Source: Kiritimatiellia bacterium (GTDB lineage Bacteria; Verrucomicrobiota; Kiritimatiellia; JAAZAB01). Taken from it: DNA of 64,000 nucleotides. Below the pieces are notes generated by a model that made no database searches, had not been told where the DNA came from, and saw nothing but the letters and a program-made list of their open reading frames with translations. Position numbers and translations under genes: made by a program. Below are positions 18,845 to 28,043 of the stretch, piece by piece; the stretch's first letter is position 1; every line of letters begins with the position of its first letter. Location: the NCBI GenBank assembly GCA_040767085.1, contig JAXGPF010000012.1, positions 136,646 through 200,645 of the forward strand, read 5' to 3'.

Positions 18845-21800
18845 ATCAGGAATATTGCCGGCACTCGTCTTGACGCTGACTGCGTCGCTGGCCCTGGCGG
18901 AGACGGGTACCCTGAAGCGGGTGGGGGTGTTCAAGGATGCCCGGTCGCATATCACCGGCAGCATGCTCAAAACCCTGGCGGAGGCGCAATACGAAGTCGA
19001 AATCATCGAGCGTCGGGATTTGCAGGCTGGTGAAAAATTGCAGCGCCTAGATGTGCTGTTCCTGCCCGGCGGGTGGAATGCGCTGAACTTTGCCGGTTTC
19101 CACGGCCGGCGCAACATGATTGATTTCGTGGCGCAAGGCAAGGGCATCCTGGCCGGCGCGTTTCGTTCCGGCTACGTGCGGACCGCCAACCGCCCCCTTT
19201 TCCCGCAGATTGGCGCGGTCTATAACCGCGTGAACGGCTCGGGCCTTTTTCCCCGCGGCGGCAGCCCGTTGACCGCCGGGATCGCGGTCCCGTTTTATCT
19301 GACGGCCTGGGATCACCTGATCGTCGAGGTTGGGCCGCTGGGGCGGACGTTCCTGGAGGACAGCAGCGGGTGTCCCGTGGGCGTGTATGGCGAGATTCAT
19401 GGCGGGCGTTACATCGCCCTGGGGTGTTTCATCGGGTCCGATGCCGCGTCCGCATCCATGCAAGGCCCGGAGCGGGTGCTGCTGCTGAACTGCCTGGCCT
19501 GGCTGGCCTCCGCGCCGGCGCTGACGGCGGAGGAGATGGCCGAAACCCGGCGCGCGGCGGAGCTGGAATTTCTGCGGCGCGAAAAGATTTATGACTATAC
19601 GCTGAACGACCGCGGACCGGACCACGGCCCGGGCATCATGCCGGCGGTTAAAAACCGCCTCGAGGCCGCCTTGCAGTCCCGCCTGGCCCGCTTGGATGAT
19701 GCCGGGCCGCATTGCCCGGACGCGGCGCGCGCCCGCGCCGCCGGCGTGCGGCAGGAACTGGAACTGGCCCGGGCAACCCTCGCGCGCAATTACGAGGAAG
19801 CGCGGGCGGAAAAAATCAATGCCATCAACGCCATGTCCCGCGCGGAACTCGCGGCCGATAATCCCTTCCTGCAGAAGGAAGACGTGCTGCGGATGATTGC
19901 CGCCGTGCCGGGCAAAACCGCCGATGAGCAAAAGGCTGTCGAACAGGCCATCGCCGCCATGAACGGCAATGTCTGGATGGACACCGCGCCGCGCGCAGCG
20001 GCGGCGTTCTTGTACGGCGATGCGATTCAGGCCCGGTTGTTCGGCCAGACACAGTTCCAGGCGCTGCTTGACCGGGCGGATGCCCTGCTGGCGGAGGTGG
20101 AACCATTGGCGGCGGCCGCCCGGGCCGCGCAGTACGCGGCGGAACATGCGGCCGACCTGGAACTTGTCCCTGGATTGCTGCAGGATTGCGCCTCGGCGGA
20201 TGCCGCCCGGCGGCGGCAAGCGGCGCAGGAACTGGGGCGGATCGGCGATCGGCGCGCGGAAAAGGCGCTGGTCGGGATGATTGACGACCCGGACAGCCAG
20301 GTCCGTACGCATGCCATCCTGGCGCTCGGTTGGCTGCAGGCTCAAGCGGCGGTCCCGGCCCTGAGCCGCGCGGCGCAAAGTCCCGATCAATGGGCGCGGC
20401 GGCGGGCGGCGCAGGCCCTGGGCCAGATCGGCGACCCGGCGGCGGCGGATGTCCTGCTGCAGCTCATGGACGACGAAGATTATTTTGTCCGTGAAAACGC
20501 CATCCTGGCCCTGGGCTGTCTGAAGGCCGCAGAAGCTGTGCCGGCATTGCTGAAACTCATCGCCGATTCCGACCGGCAGCATCCGCTCCAGCGCGGCCTG
20601 ATGACGGCTGCCATCGCCGCCCTGGGCCATATCGGCGATGCGCAGGCGCTGCCGCAACTGGAACACTGGGCGCAAACGGCGGATGATTTCCCCGCGCCGC
20701 GCCGCGGCGGCGGCCGCATCAAGAATATTTACTCCACGGCCCAGTACCTGGGACTGCAGGGGCATGCGGAACTGGCGATTGCGGAAATCAAGGCCGGCGG
20801 CCGCGCCGCGGCCGGCGTGCGCCAGGCGGATTTTCTTGGCCGCCGCGATATATTTTACGGGTTGACGCGCCATTTCAATTTCTTTGCCGGCCGCCCATTC
20901 CCCGTGCTGAAAGCCAATTTCCCCGGCGACCCGGCCGCGGCTTTCCCATGGCTGCGCGCGGCCGGAGTCACCGGCATCCACAATTCCTGGGGCGCACAGG
21001 ATGACGATCCGGAGCAATACCGGGAAACGATCCGGCGGGCCGGCGAATACGGTCTGCGCTGGATTGACGTCATGCCGCAGGTCGGCAACATCTTCGGCAG
21101 CCGGGAACATTATGCCGTCAATTCCCAGGACCGTACGCTGAATAAACCCGGCGCGGAACTGGTCCTCTTCAAATTCGCCGATTTGCCGGCTTTCCAGGGA
21201 TTCTGGACCGAGGAGGATTACCCCAACGTGGAGATGGAGAATGCCGATCTGGAAAACTATCTCCAGGGCAAGCACGGCTCCGACTATCGCCGCGTTCTGG
21301 GCGTAACCAACGCCGCCGCGCAACTGCTGCCGCCGCGCGGAGAGCGCCTCCCGGAAAACTTCTATAATCTCCGGGTTTATGCCGAATTTCTCGAACTGGC
21401 CGGCGCCCGTCTGCTCGAGCATTGGCGCGAAGCCCAGGAATGGCTGCATGGCGTGCGCAAGGGGTGCGCTTTTACCTTCAATAATACCACCGGTGTGCGC
21501 TGCACGTATCCCGGCGTGGCCGGGGGTGCGGGGGGCATCATTGACGCGCACGGCCCGGAATCTTACCAGTCCTTCGGAACGGATAATGCCTTCATGATGG
21601 AATTGAACAAGGATGGCGAGGCGCGGCCGGTGCTCTGCGAGTTCTACAACATGTACTCGCCTTCGCCGGAGCATGCCGCGCGCGGCTTCGCCCAGCACCT
21701 GATGCATGGCGAATGTTATTACAATTTTTCGTTCGAACAAATCTTCGCGCAGGCCGGCGAATCAGCCCTCTGGAACTGGGATGCCCGGCGCTGGGACAAA

Positions 21801-22988
21801 GCGGTTGAGATTTTCCGGAAGGCCCAAAAACTCGGGGAATACCTGGCCGTGCCGGCCTCCGCCGCCAATGTCGCCCTGGTCGCCAGCGAACGCACCAAGC
21901 TCCTGCTGTATTCCAAGGGATACGGCGAACGCGTTTCGCAGTCCCGCCGGTATTACCAGCACCAGGCAGGATTATGGTCGGCCCTGCAGCAGTCGCAGAT
22001 TCCCTGCGACGCCATCTGGACGGAAACCATGACCCCGGAAAAGCTGCGGCGGTACCGGGTGCTGCTGTTGCTGGACGCTAAAATCCTGACACCGCCGGAA
22101 GCGGAACTGATCCGGCAGTGGGTGGCGGCCGGCGGTATTCTGATTGCCGGCGGCTCCGCCTCGCTCTTCAATCAATGGGGGGAAATTCATGAAAATTATG
22201 CTTTAAGCGACGTTTTCGGCCTGGATTACGCCGGGCAGGCCGCCCGGGTTGATCCGGCGGCGAACGATACCTGGTGCTGGGATGCCGGCCGGCCGCCTTT
22301 CCCGGCGGCGGACGCGGAATTGCTACCGGATAATTTCAGGTGGCACGTGTTGCGCGACATCAAGCCGGTCAAATCCATCGGGGTGTACCGCGTGGAAGAT
22401 GATGCGTTTCTGGCGGGGGCCGGCGCCGGCCTGGCCTGTGAATACGACCTGCCGCTGGGGTATGACCGCGTGCGGACCAACACCGCGCAGACGGCGGCGC
22501 GGTTTGCCGGCGGCGACCCGGCGTTGACAGTCAACCGGTTCGGGCAGGGTCTTTGTTACTTCTGGACGCCGATCTATCCCGGGCTGTGTCATGTGGCCTC
22601 CGGCTGGGAAATGCAGGCCAACTACAAGGATTTCTGGCCGGGCGTGCGCGAGCTGCTGGCGGCGATGGTGCAGGGCGGCCTGCGGCACGGCGGCGCGCGG
22701 TTGCCGGTCATGGCGTCGGCCTGCCCGAAGGACGTGGAAGTCACCGTGCGCCGGCAGCCGGAACAGCGCCGGTGGCTGATCCACCTGCTCAACCTCGATC
22801 CCAGCCTGGCGCGGGTACGGGGCGTCAACCTGGCCATCAGCGCCGGCATGCTGCCGGCCGGCGGCGCGGTTAAAATCAGTTATCCGGATGATCAGCAGGT
22901 TGTTAATTACCGCGAGGCGGGCGAGGCCCTGGTGTTTACCGCGCGCGATTTTGAGGTGCATGACATGATTCTGCTGGAGTGCCAATAA
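18837..22988 (+). CDS. Large secreted multidomain protein: class-I GATase-like domain, HEAT repeats, GH-like barrel, beta-galactosidase-trimerisation-like domain, 1383 aa
   Basis: LQRLDVLFLPGG...FVAQGKG; repeats RRQAAQELGRIGD / VRTHAILALGWL / RRAAQALGQIGD / VRENAILALGCL; LRRYRVLLL...IRQWVAAGGILIA; NRFGQG; LIHLLN. Confidence 0.7.
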   Translation: MLKSGILPALVLTLTASLALAETGTLKRVGVFKDARSHITGSMLKTLAEAQYEVEIIERRDLQAGEKLQRLDVLFLPGGWNALNFAGFHGRRNMIDFVAQGKGILAGAFRSGYVRTANRPLFPQIGAVYNRVNGSGLFPRGGSPLTAGIAVPFYLTAWDHLIVEVGPLGRTFLEDSSGCPVGVYGEIHGGRYIALGCFIGSDAASASMQGPERVLLLNCLAWLASAPALTAEEMAETRRAAELEFLRREKIYDYTLNDRGPDHGPGIMPAVKNRLEAALQSRLARLDDAGPHCPDAARARAAGVRQELELARATLARNYEEARAEKINAINAMSRAELAADNPFLQKEDVLRMIAAVPGKTADEQKAVEQAIAAMNGNVWMDTAPRAAAAFLYGDAIQARLFGQTQFQALLDRADALLAEVEPLAAAARAAQYAAEHAADLELVPGLLQDCASADAARRRQAAQELGRIGDRRAEKALVGMIDDPDSQVRTHAILALGWLQAQAAVPALSRAAQSPDQWARRRAAQALGQIGDPAAADVLLQLMDDEDYFVRENAILALGCLKAAEAVPALLKLIADSDRQHPLQRGLMTAAIAALGHIGDAQALPQLEHWAQTADDFPAPRRGGGRIKNIYSTAQYLGLQGHAELAIAEIKAGGRAAAGVRQADFLGRRDIFYGLTRHFNFFAGRPFPVLKANFPGDPAAAFPWLRAAGVTGIHNSWGAQDDDPEQYRETIRRAGEYGLRWIDVMPQVGNIFGSREHYAVNSQDRTLNKPGAELVLFKFADLPAFQGFWTEEDYPNVEMENADLENYLQGKHGSDYRRVLGVTNAAAQLLPPRGERLPENFYNLRVYAEFLELAGARLLEHWREAQEWLHGVRKGCAFTFNNTTGVRCTYPGVAGGAGGIIDAHGPESYQSFGTDNAFMMELNKDGEARPVLCEFYNMYSPSPEHAARGFAQHLMHGECYYNFSFEQIFAQAGESALWNWDARRWDKAVEIFRKAQKLGEYLAVPASAANVALVASERTKLLLYSKGYGERVSQSRRYYQHQAGLWSALQQSQIPCDAIWTETMTPEKLRRYRVLLLLDAKILTPPEAELIRQWVAAGGILIAGGSASLFNQWGEIHENYALSDVFGLDYAGQAARVDPAANDTWCWDAGRPPFPAADAELLPDNFRWHVLRDIKPVKSIGVYRVEDDAFLAGAGAGLACEYDLPLGYDRVRTNTAQTAARFAGGDPALTVNRFGQGLCYFWTPIYPGLCHVASGWEMQANYKDFWPGVRELLAAMVQGGLRHGGARLPVMASACPKDVEVTVRRQPEQRRWLIHLLNLDPSLARVRGVNLAISAGMLPAGGAVKISYPDDQQVVNYREAGEALVFTARDFEVHDMILLECQ

Positions 22989-24559
22989 TGAAAATACAAA
23001 CGAATTCGTATCATGGTATCCGGCCGTGCGATCCCGGGGGCAGGAACGGCTTGCCCAATCCCGAGCGCGGGTGGCGCCTGGAAACCCTCATCGCCGAGCC
23101 CCCGGGCTCGCTGCGCGATACGGGTGTGCATGGCCATGCGCACCATCTGGAAGGGCGGATTTTTCCCGGCTTCAACGACCACTGGTGGGAACTGGATGCC
23201 CAGCGCTACCCGGCTTTCGGATTGAAGGTGATCCAGACCTATTGCTACCTGGATGAATTCATCGGACGGAAAATATCCGCGGCCAAACTGGCCCTCCTGC
23301 AGCAGAGTTTGGACCGGCTACGCGCGCGGGGGTTCAAGACTTTGCTGCGCTTTGCCTATGAAAAATCCAGCAAGGTAACGCGCGGCCCGGCGCTGAAGGA
23401 TATTTTACGCCATTTGGATCAGCTCGCGCCGGTAATCCGCGCCAATGCCGATATCATCTACGTGATGCAGGCCGGTTTCATCGGGGCGTTCGGAGAGTGG
23501 CATTCCTCCGCCCGCGGGCTGGAAAAAAATCATGACAACCTGGGCATCGTCCTGGCGAAAATCCTCGAGGCGCTGCCGGCGGACCGCATGACCCAGGTGC
23601 GCGTGCCGAAGTACAAGCGCTGGGCTTTGGCGTATCCGTCCTTCGGTAAATTCCGCGAGGTGACCGCGGCCACGGCGCATACCGGCGCGGCGTACGCCCG
23701 CATCGGGCACAACAACGACGGCTTCCTGGCCGCCCATACCTGCGGCGGCACCTGGCCGGAACCGCCGTTTTATGCCAATCCCGGCAATCCGGAATTCGAT
23801 TACCTGACCCGCGAGGCGCCTTATGTGGCGGTGGACGGCGAATTGTACTGGCATGACGAGCGCGGGCAGGCGGACGGCCGGCGCGCCATCGCGCGCATGC
23901 GCCTGCACCATTACGGAACCTTCAGCCTCTGGCACTCGTATTCCGGCCGGGTGGGCGGCCGGTATTCGATTGATGGCTGGATGCTCGACCTGCTGACCGC
24001 CGAATATGTGCGCGAGCAGCGTTTGCCATGCTCGGACGGCTATTTCCAGGACGGTTTAGGCCGGGAAATGCCCCGCACCGTGTTTGAATACATCACCGAT
24101 CACCTGGGGTACCGCTTCGAATTGCAGCGCGCCGCCAGCCCGGCCGTCCTGCGCCAGGATGAGCATTTGCGCGTGGAGTTGGATTTCATCAACCGCGGCT
24201 TCAGCGTGCCGCATAATCCGCGCCCGGTCTTCCTCGTGCTGGTGGATGCCGCGGGACGGGTGCATGCCTGGCCCATCCCCGGCGCCGATCCGCGGCGCTG
24301 GCAGCCTTTCGAGCCGGGCGATGAATCTTATCGCCCGCTGACACACCGCATCCGGTTTAAAGCCGCATTGCCTGCGCCCGTCCGGCCCGGTTGGTATCAA
24401 TGGGGGCTGTGGCTGCCGGACGCCGCGCCCGGTTTGCGGTTCGATCCGCGCTATGCCATGCGCCTGGCTAACCGCGATACTCCCTGGTGGACGGACGACC
24501 GCGGGCAGTATGGCATCAATATCCTGGGCATCCTGGAAGTGACGCCGGCGCGGGGATGA
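22988..24559 (+). CDS. DUF4874/DUF4832-type glycoside-hydrolase-like protein, 523 aa
   Basis: LPNPERGW, LLRFAY, QAGFIGAFGEWHS, RIGHNNDGFLA, HLGYRF, NRGFSVPHNPRP, RLAN. Confidence 0.8.
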   Translation: MKIQTNSYHGIRPCDPGGRNGLPNPERGWRLETLIAEPPGSLRDTGVHGHAHHLEGRIFPGFNDHWWELDAQRYPAFGLKVIQTYCYLDEFIGRKISAAKLALLQQSLDRLRARGFKTLLRFAYEKSSKVTRGPALKDILRHLDQLAPVIRANADIIYVMQAGFIGAFGEWHSSARGLEKNHDNLGIVLAKILEALPADRMTQVRVPKYKRWALAYPSFGKFREVTAATAHTGAAYARIGHNNDGFLAAHTCGGTWPEPPFYANPGNPEFDYLTREAPYVAVDGELYWHDERGQADGRRAIARMRLHHYGTFSLWHSYSGRVGGRYSIDGWMLDLLTAEYVREQRLPCSDGYFQDGLGREMPRTVFEYITDHLGYRFELQRAASPAVLRQDEHLRVELDFINRGFSVPHNPRPVFLVLVDAAGRVHAWPIPGADPRRWQPFEPGDESYRPLTHRIRFKAALPAPVRPGWYQWGLWLPDAAPGLRFDPRYAMRLANRDTPWWTDDRGQYGINILGILEVTPARG

Positions 24560-24626
24560 TGAAGGATCCGCAGATTACGCAGATTAACCACGGTGCGCGC
24601 GGGGATGACGGATAATCCGCGGATTA
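24548..24626. repeat. Degenerate tandem duplication and 14-bp perfect palindrome between convergent genes
   Basis: gcgcggggatga-N6-atccgc(a/g)gattac at 24548 and 24597; TAATCCGCGGATTA at 24613-24626. Confidence 0.65.
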
Positions 24627-25232
24627 CTGAGGGTAATAGCGGCGCGGGCCGCACGGTCCGCCGCAGGGATAATACCCGCCGTGGAACAACTTGCCCTTCC
24701 GCAGGCCCGCCGCGCCGCGGAGGTCGTCGAGGCCGGCGGCGTTAAACTGCCGGCAGGCGGCCAGCAGGACCATGGCGCAGGCGGCGGCGTCTTCTTCGGC
24801 GTCATGATGCCGGAAAACAATGCCCAGCGACCGCGCAATGTGGTTGAGGGCATAGCTGCCATGCCGCGGCCATGCGATGCGGGACAGCACCAGCGTGCAG
24901 TAGTAATCCGTCTCGGGATAGGGCGCGCCGCATTGGTCGAGCGCATGGCGGAGGCAGCTTACATCGAAGGCGGCGTTGTGCGCGGCCAGCGGCCCGCGGA
25001 TTTGCGGCCAAAGCCGCGGCCAGTACTCGGCAAAGGTGGGGGCGCCGGCGACCTCCCGCGGGGTGATCCCGTGAATGGAAATATTGATCGGATCGAAACG
25101 CAGCGGTTCGGGCCGGATCAACTGGCTCATCCGTCCGACTACCCGGCCGTTTTCAACCATGGCCAGGCCGACGGCGCAGATGGACGACCGGTCGCCGTTG
25201 GCGGTCTCGAAATCTATGGCGGTAAATCTCAT
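24624..25232 (-). CDS. DEDDh 3'-5' exonuclease (DnaQ-like), 202 aa
   Basis: FTAIDFETAN, AHNAAFD, CTL, HHDAEEDA. Start moved to ATG 25232. Confidence 0.92.
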   Translation of the reverse strand: MRFTAIDFETANGDRSSICAVGLAMVENGRVVGRMSQLIRPEPLRFDPINISIHGITPREVAGAPTFAEYWPRLWPQIRGPLAAHNAAFDVSCLRHALDQCGAPYPETDYYCTLVLSRIAWPRHGSYALNHIARSLGIVFRHHDAEEDAAACAMVLLAACRQFNAAGLDDLRGAAGLRKGKLFHGGYYPCGGPCGPRRYYPQ

Positions 25233-25367
25233 GCCGGTATTCCAACCATCTCTTTGGCGGAGGTTGCCGTCAAAGGATGGAATCAGGCTAAGCGCACCGC
25301 GCCTGACTGTCAAGCCGGAATCATGATTTCTGAAGGCCGGCCGCATGCCCGGTCTGCAAACGGCCGA

Positions 25368-25934
25368 TCAACCGGGTACACCCTGCGCCGGCGGGGGCGG
25401 CGCCGGCAATTCAGGCTGGCGGTTCGATCCCAGGATTTCACGGATAAAGTCTTGCTTGGCGTGCGTGTAGGCTTCCCAATCGTTCGGGAACTGTGCGATG
25501 ATTGCCTGTTTCAGTTCGGCATAGCGCTTGCGCACGGCGAAATCCTGGCGCAAAATTTCGCGGAAGCGGAGGTAATCCTTCCATTGCTGACTCTCAAGCG
25601 GTACGACATGGAGATGAACCATACGGACATCCGGTTCCGACTCCATGCTGAATAAATGGCCGCCCGCATCGCCGGCATTGCCCCGGTAAATATACCCAAT
25701 CGCCGTCAGCCGTTCCGACAGGTGCGGGAGCGCGTCGGGCTTGGATAAAGCCGCCGCCAGGTCCAGCACCGGCTTGGACGGCAGGTTGGGTACGGCCGTG
25801 CTGCCGACATGCTGCACATCAGCCACCAGGTTGCCGATGGCATCCTTGACCAGGTGGCAGGCTTCAGCGCCCAACCTGGCCCATCCCGGGTCATAGTCAA
25901 GCACCTGCACGGTATGACGTTTCAAACCGATCAT
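25368..25934 (-). CDS. grpB: GrpB/UPF0157 family protein, 188 aa
   Basis: YDPGW, QHVGSTAVPNLPSKPVLDL, HLHV, FREILR, YAELK, YTHAKQDFI. Confidence 0.9.
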   Translation of the reverse strand: MIGLKRHTVQVLDYDPGWARLGAEACHLVKDAIGNLVADVQHVGSTAVPNLPSKPVLDLAAALSKPDALPHLSERLTAIGYIYRGNAGDAGGHLFSMESEPDVRMVHLHVVPLESQQWKDYLRFREILRQDFAVRKRYAELKQAIIAQFPNDWEAYTHAKQDFIREILGSNRQPELPAPPPPAQGVPG

Positions 25935-26030
25935 ATTTGTTCCTTGTGGCAGGTTAAAACACTCTCCGTATCTGTTTTTTTCGCCGCCGGCGTGAAAACT
26001 CCTGAATTCGCCGGTTCAGAACTGTCCCAA

Positions 26031-26134
26031 CCGAACCGCAGAATATCGAACACTGAGCTACAAATATCAAAATCATCCATCCGGTATTTCCGTCTTCCCT
26101 TCGACATTCCCAGGTTCTTCATTCTGCGGTTCGG
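26031..26134. repeat. Short element bounded by a perfect 14-bp inverted repeat
   Basis: CCGAACCGCAGAAT (26031-26044) / ATTCTGCGGTTCGG (26121-26134); internal gaatatcgaa / ttcgacattc. Confidence 0.75.
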
Positions 26135-26195
26135 GGCGTTCCGAGTCCCAGGAAGATGTTTGAACTAATTCATTGGAACCAATTTCAGCCCCTCA

Positions 26196-26257
26196 GCCCC
26201 TTTTTGTTTTTTACGTAACCTTTCATTCCTGCCGCACAAAGCGGCAGCGGCGGCTTT
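26196..26257. repeat. Dispersed ~63-bp repeat, copy B, with hairpin CTGCCGC-acaaa-GCGGCAG
   Basis: Aligns to 1239-1301. Confidence 0.8.
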
Positions 26258-26442
26258 TGCAATTTGCTGAATCATTTCTGCATTTTTTTATTGATCAAAG
26301 GAATATCAGAAAACAGAAAAATAATCAATCCGAAATAATAATTATAATTATAAATCATCCGGGCAATCAGCGTGGGAACGCGGCGTGCACCGCAGGGCTA
26401 GGCCGGCGGCCGATTTAGTATTTGGCCGCCGTCGCTGGCGGC

Positions 26443-27768
26443 CTATGGAAAGCCGGTGAAACGCAATAAAACGAAGTGAAAAATGACGGCGGTGGCGATG
26501 ACCGCCGCGGCGGGCGCGAAAATTCCGCTCAGCGAGTGGAAAAGATTGGTTTTGAAATGTTCGTTGCTGACCACCAGGCAGACATGCACTGGCGAGAGCA
26601 TCTGCCCGATGTGGCCGCAGGCGTATGCCAGCATTGTGTATGCCAGCAAAACATACAGCGGCGGTTGAGGGCCCAGCAGGCTGGTGACAATTGGAAAGCT
26701 TGCTCCCACAAATCCAATCGCCAGGCCGGTTGTGAGCCCCGCCAGGAAAGGCAGCAGCATGATCATTGCCAGCAACGGGATGCCCCAACGCGCCATTTCG
26801 CCCTGCATCACGGCGATGGGGGTGTCTCCGTCCGGCAAGGGGGCTTCGATAAAGGCGCCGTAAATGCGCACGGCGGCGACAATCAGCGCCAGGTTGATGG
26901 TTCTGCCGGAAAGGATGGTTTTTTTCCAGACCGGCCAGGGCAGCGGCCGCCAGCGCTCAACTACAAGCATGGCCAGGAGAATGCCGAAAATCATGGGGCC
27001 ATAACGGTTGGATGTCTGCAGCGACGGCAGCCATGCGCTCAATCCAGCCAGTGCCAGACGCAACATCAGATATCCTGCGATAACCGTGAATATCGGCAAC
27101 AATAATTGATGCAAGGGAGTCCCCTGCGGAAGCGCACTCTCGGCAGCCGGCTCCGGCTTGATTTTCCGCAGCAGGCAAATGTAGCCGGCGGCTATGGCCG
27201 CAATTGAAAGGGGCAGGCCCAGCAGGATGAATTGCCAGACATCCAGTCCGGTGATATGCATGGCCAGCAAAACGCCAGGATACAAGGGCCACCAGAATTC
27301 CCAGATATGCCTGAACCAATAATTGGCCCTGGCCTTGTAAACCGCCGGGACTAGCCCGGCGTCATCGCAGTGATCAACCAGCGGCGCCGAAAAAATCGCG
27401 CCGCCCGGCATGGGCAGAAACCCGATCACGGCCGGCAATGCCGCCATGGCGTGCCGCCGGCCCAGCCGGCGCCGGATGGCGTCCACCAGGTCGCGCATAA
27501 CTCCCGCCGCCGACATCTGGGTGGAAAGCCAGATGATGAGAAAAATGACCAGCATCAGGCAGAAATTGTCCAGGGAAAGCAGGCGTTCGGCTGCGACACG
27601 GATGCCGCCGGCCGGCGTGTGCCCGCCCAGCAGGCCGAGGGCGCAGGTTCCCAGCAGTACGCTGGCCGATAAGTTGCGCGTGACCCGGTTGGCCGCCAGG
27701 ATGAGTCCGAGCGAAGCCAGTATTACGGCCAGCATGGGGATGTTTGTCATGGCGGAGCAGGTCATCAT
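26443..27768 (-). CDS. DUF401-family integral membrane protein (possible transporter), ~441 aa
   Basis: Many hydrophobic segments; LPMPGGAIFSAP, NYWFRHIWEFWWPLYPG, SPVHVCL. Exact start uncertain. Confidence 0.85.
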   Translation of the reverse strand: MMTCSAMTNIPMLAVILASLGLILAANRVTRNLSASVLLGTCALGLLGGHTPAGGIRVAAERLLSLDNFCLMLVIFLIIWLSTQMSAAGVMRDLVDAIRRRLGRRHAMAALPAVIGFLPMPGGAIFSAPLVDHCDDAGLVPAVYKARANYWFRHIWEFWWPLYPGVLLAMHITGLDVWQFILLGLPLSIAAIAAGYICLLRKIKPEPAAESALPQGTPLHQLLLPIFTVIAGYLMLRLALAGLSAWLPSLQTSNRYGPMIFGILLAMLVVERWRPLPWPVWKKTILSGRTINLALIVAAVRIYGAFIEAPLPDGDTPIAVMQGEMARWGIPLLAMIMLLPFLAGLTTGLAIGFVGASFPIVTSLLGPQPPLYVLLAYTMLAYACGHIGQMLSPVHVCLVVSNEHFKTNLFHSLSGIFAPAAAVIATAVIFHFVLLRFTGFP

Positions 27769-27957
27769 TATTTCGCGTGCTTCTAACGTCCTCTTTTAAA
27801 AACACAGGCGACACTAATAACATGCGGCGGGCAGCCATCCAAGTTTATTTAAACCCCTTGCCCGCGGCGGCCAGACGATTGTCTGCCAGGGGGTTGCCGC
27901 GCGCGCCTTGGACGCGGGACGCATCCGGCCGGACGCCGGATTCCCCGCCGGCGCGGA

Positions 27958-28015
27958 TGGTATTCTAAAAATACCACCAATTCGAATTGTCGTTGGGGTT
28001 TTCATTCTGCATAAT
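27958..28015 (+). promoter_or_regulatory. Palindromic operator TGGTATT-N5-AATACCA and putative promoter
   Basis: Perfect 7-bp inverted repeat at 27958-27976; TTGTCG (27987), 17 bp, CATAAT (28010-28015). Similar site at 38845. Confidence 0.55.
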
Positions 28016-28043
28016 GACAACGATGTATTAAACCGGGCTGATT

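Noticed and set aside
19047-21740. 897-aa antisense ORF, and similar ones at 14856-16703, 29059-30543, 48517-49926, 56412-57689, 1340-2473 and 24681-25655
   Set aside because: Shadow ORFs opposite well-supported genes in high-GC DNA, with no recognisable motifs.
24624-25934. Exonuclease + GrpB pair as a defence or toxin-antitoxin system
   Set aside because: Both are common stand-alone families, and no defence or mobility genes are adjacent.
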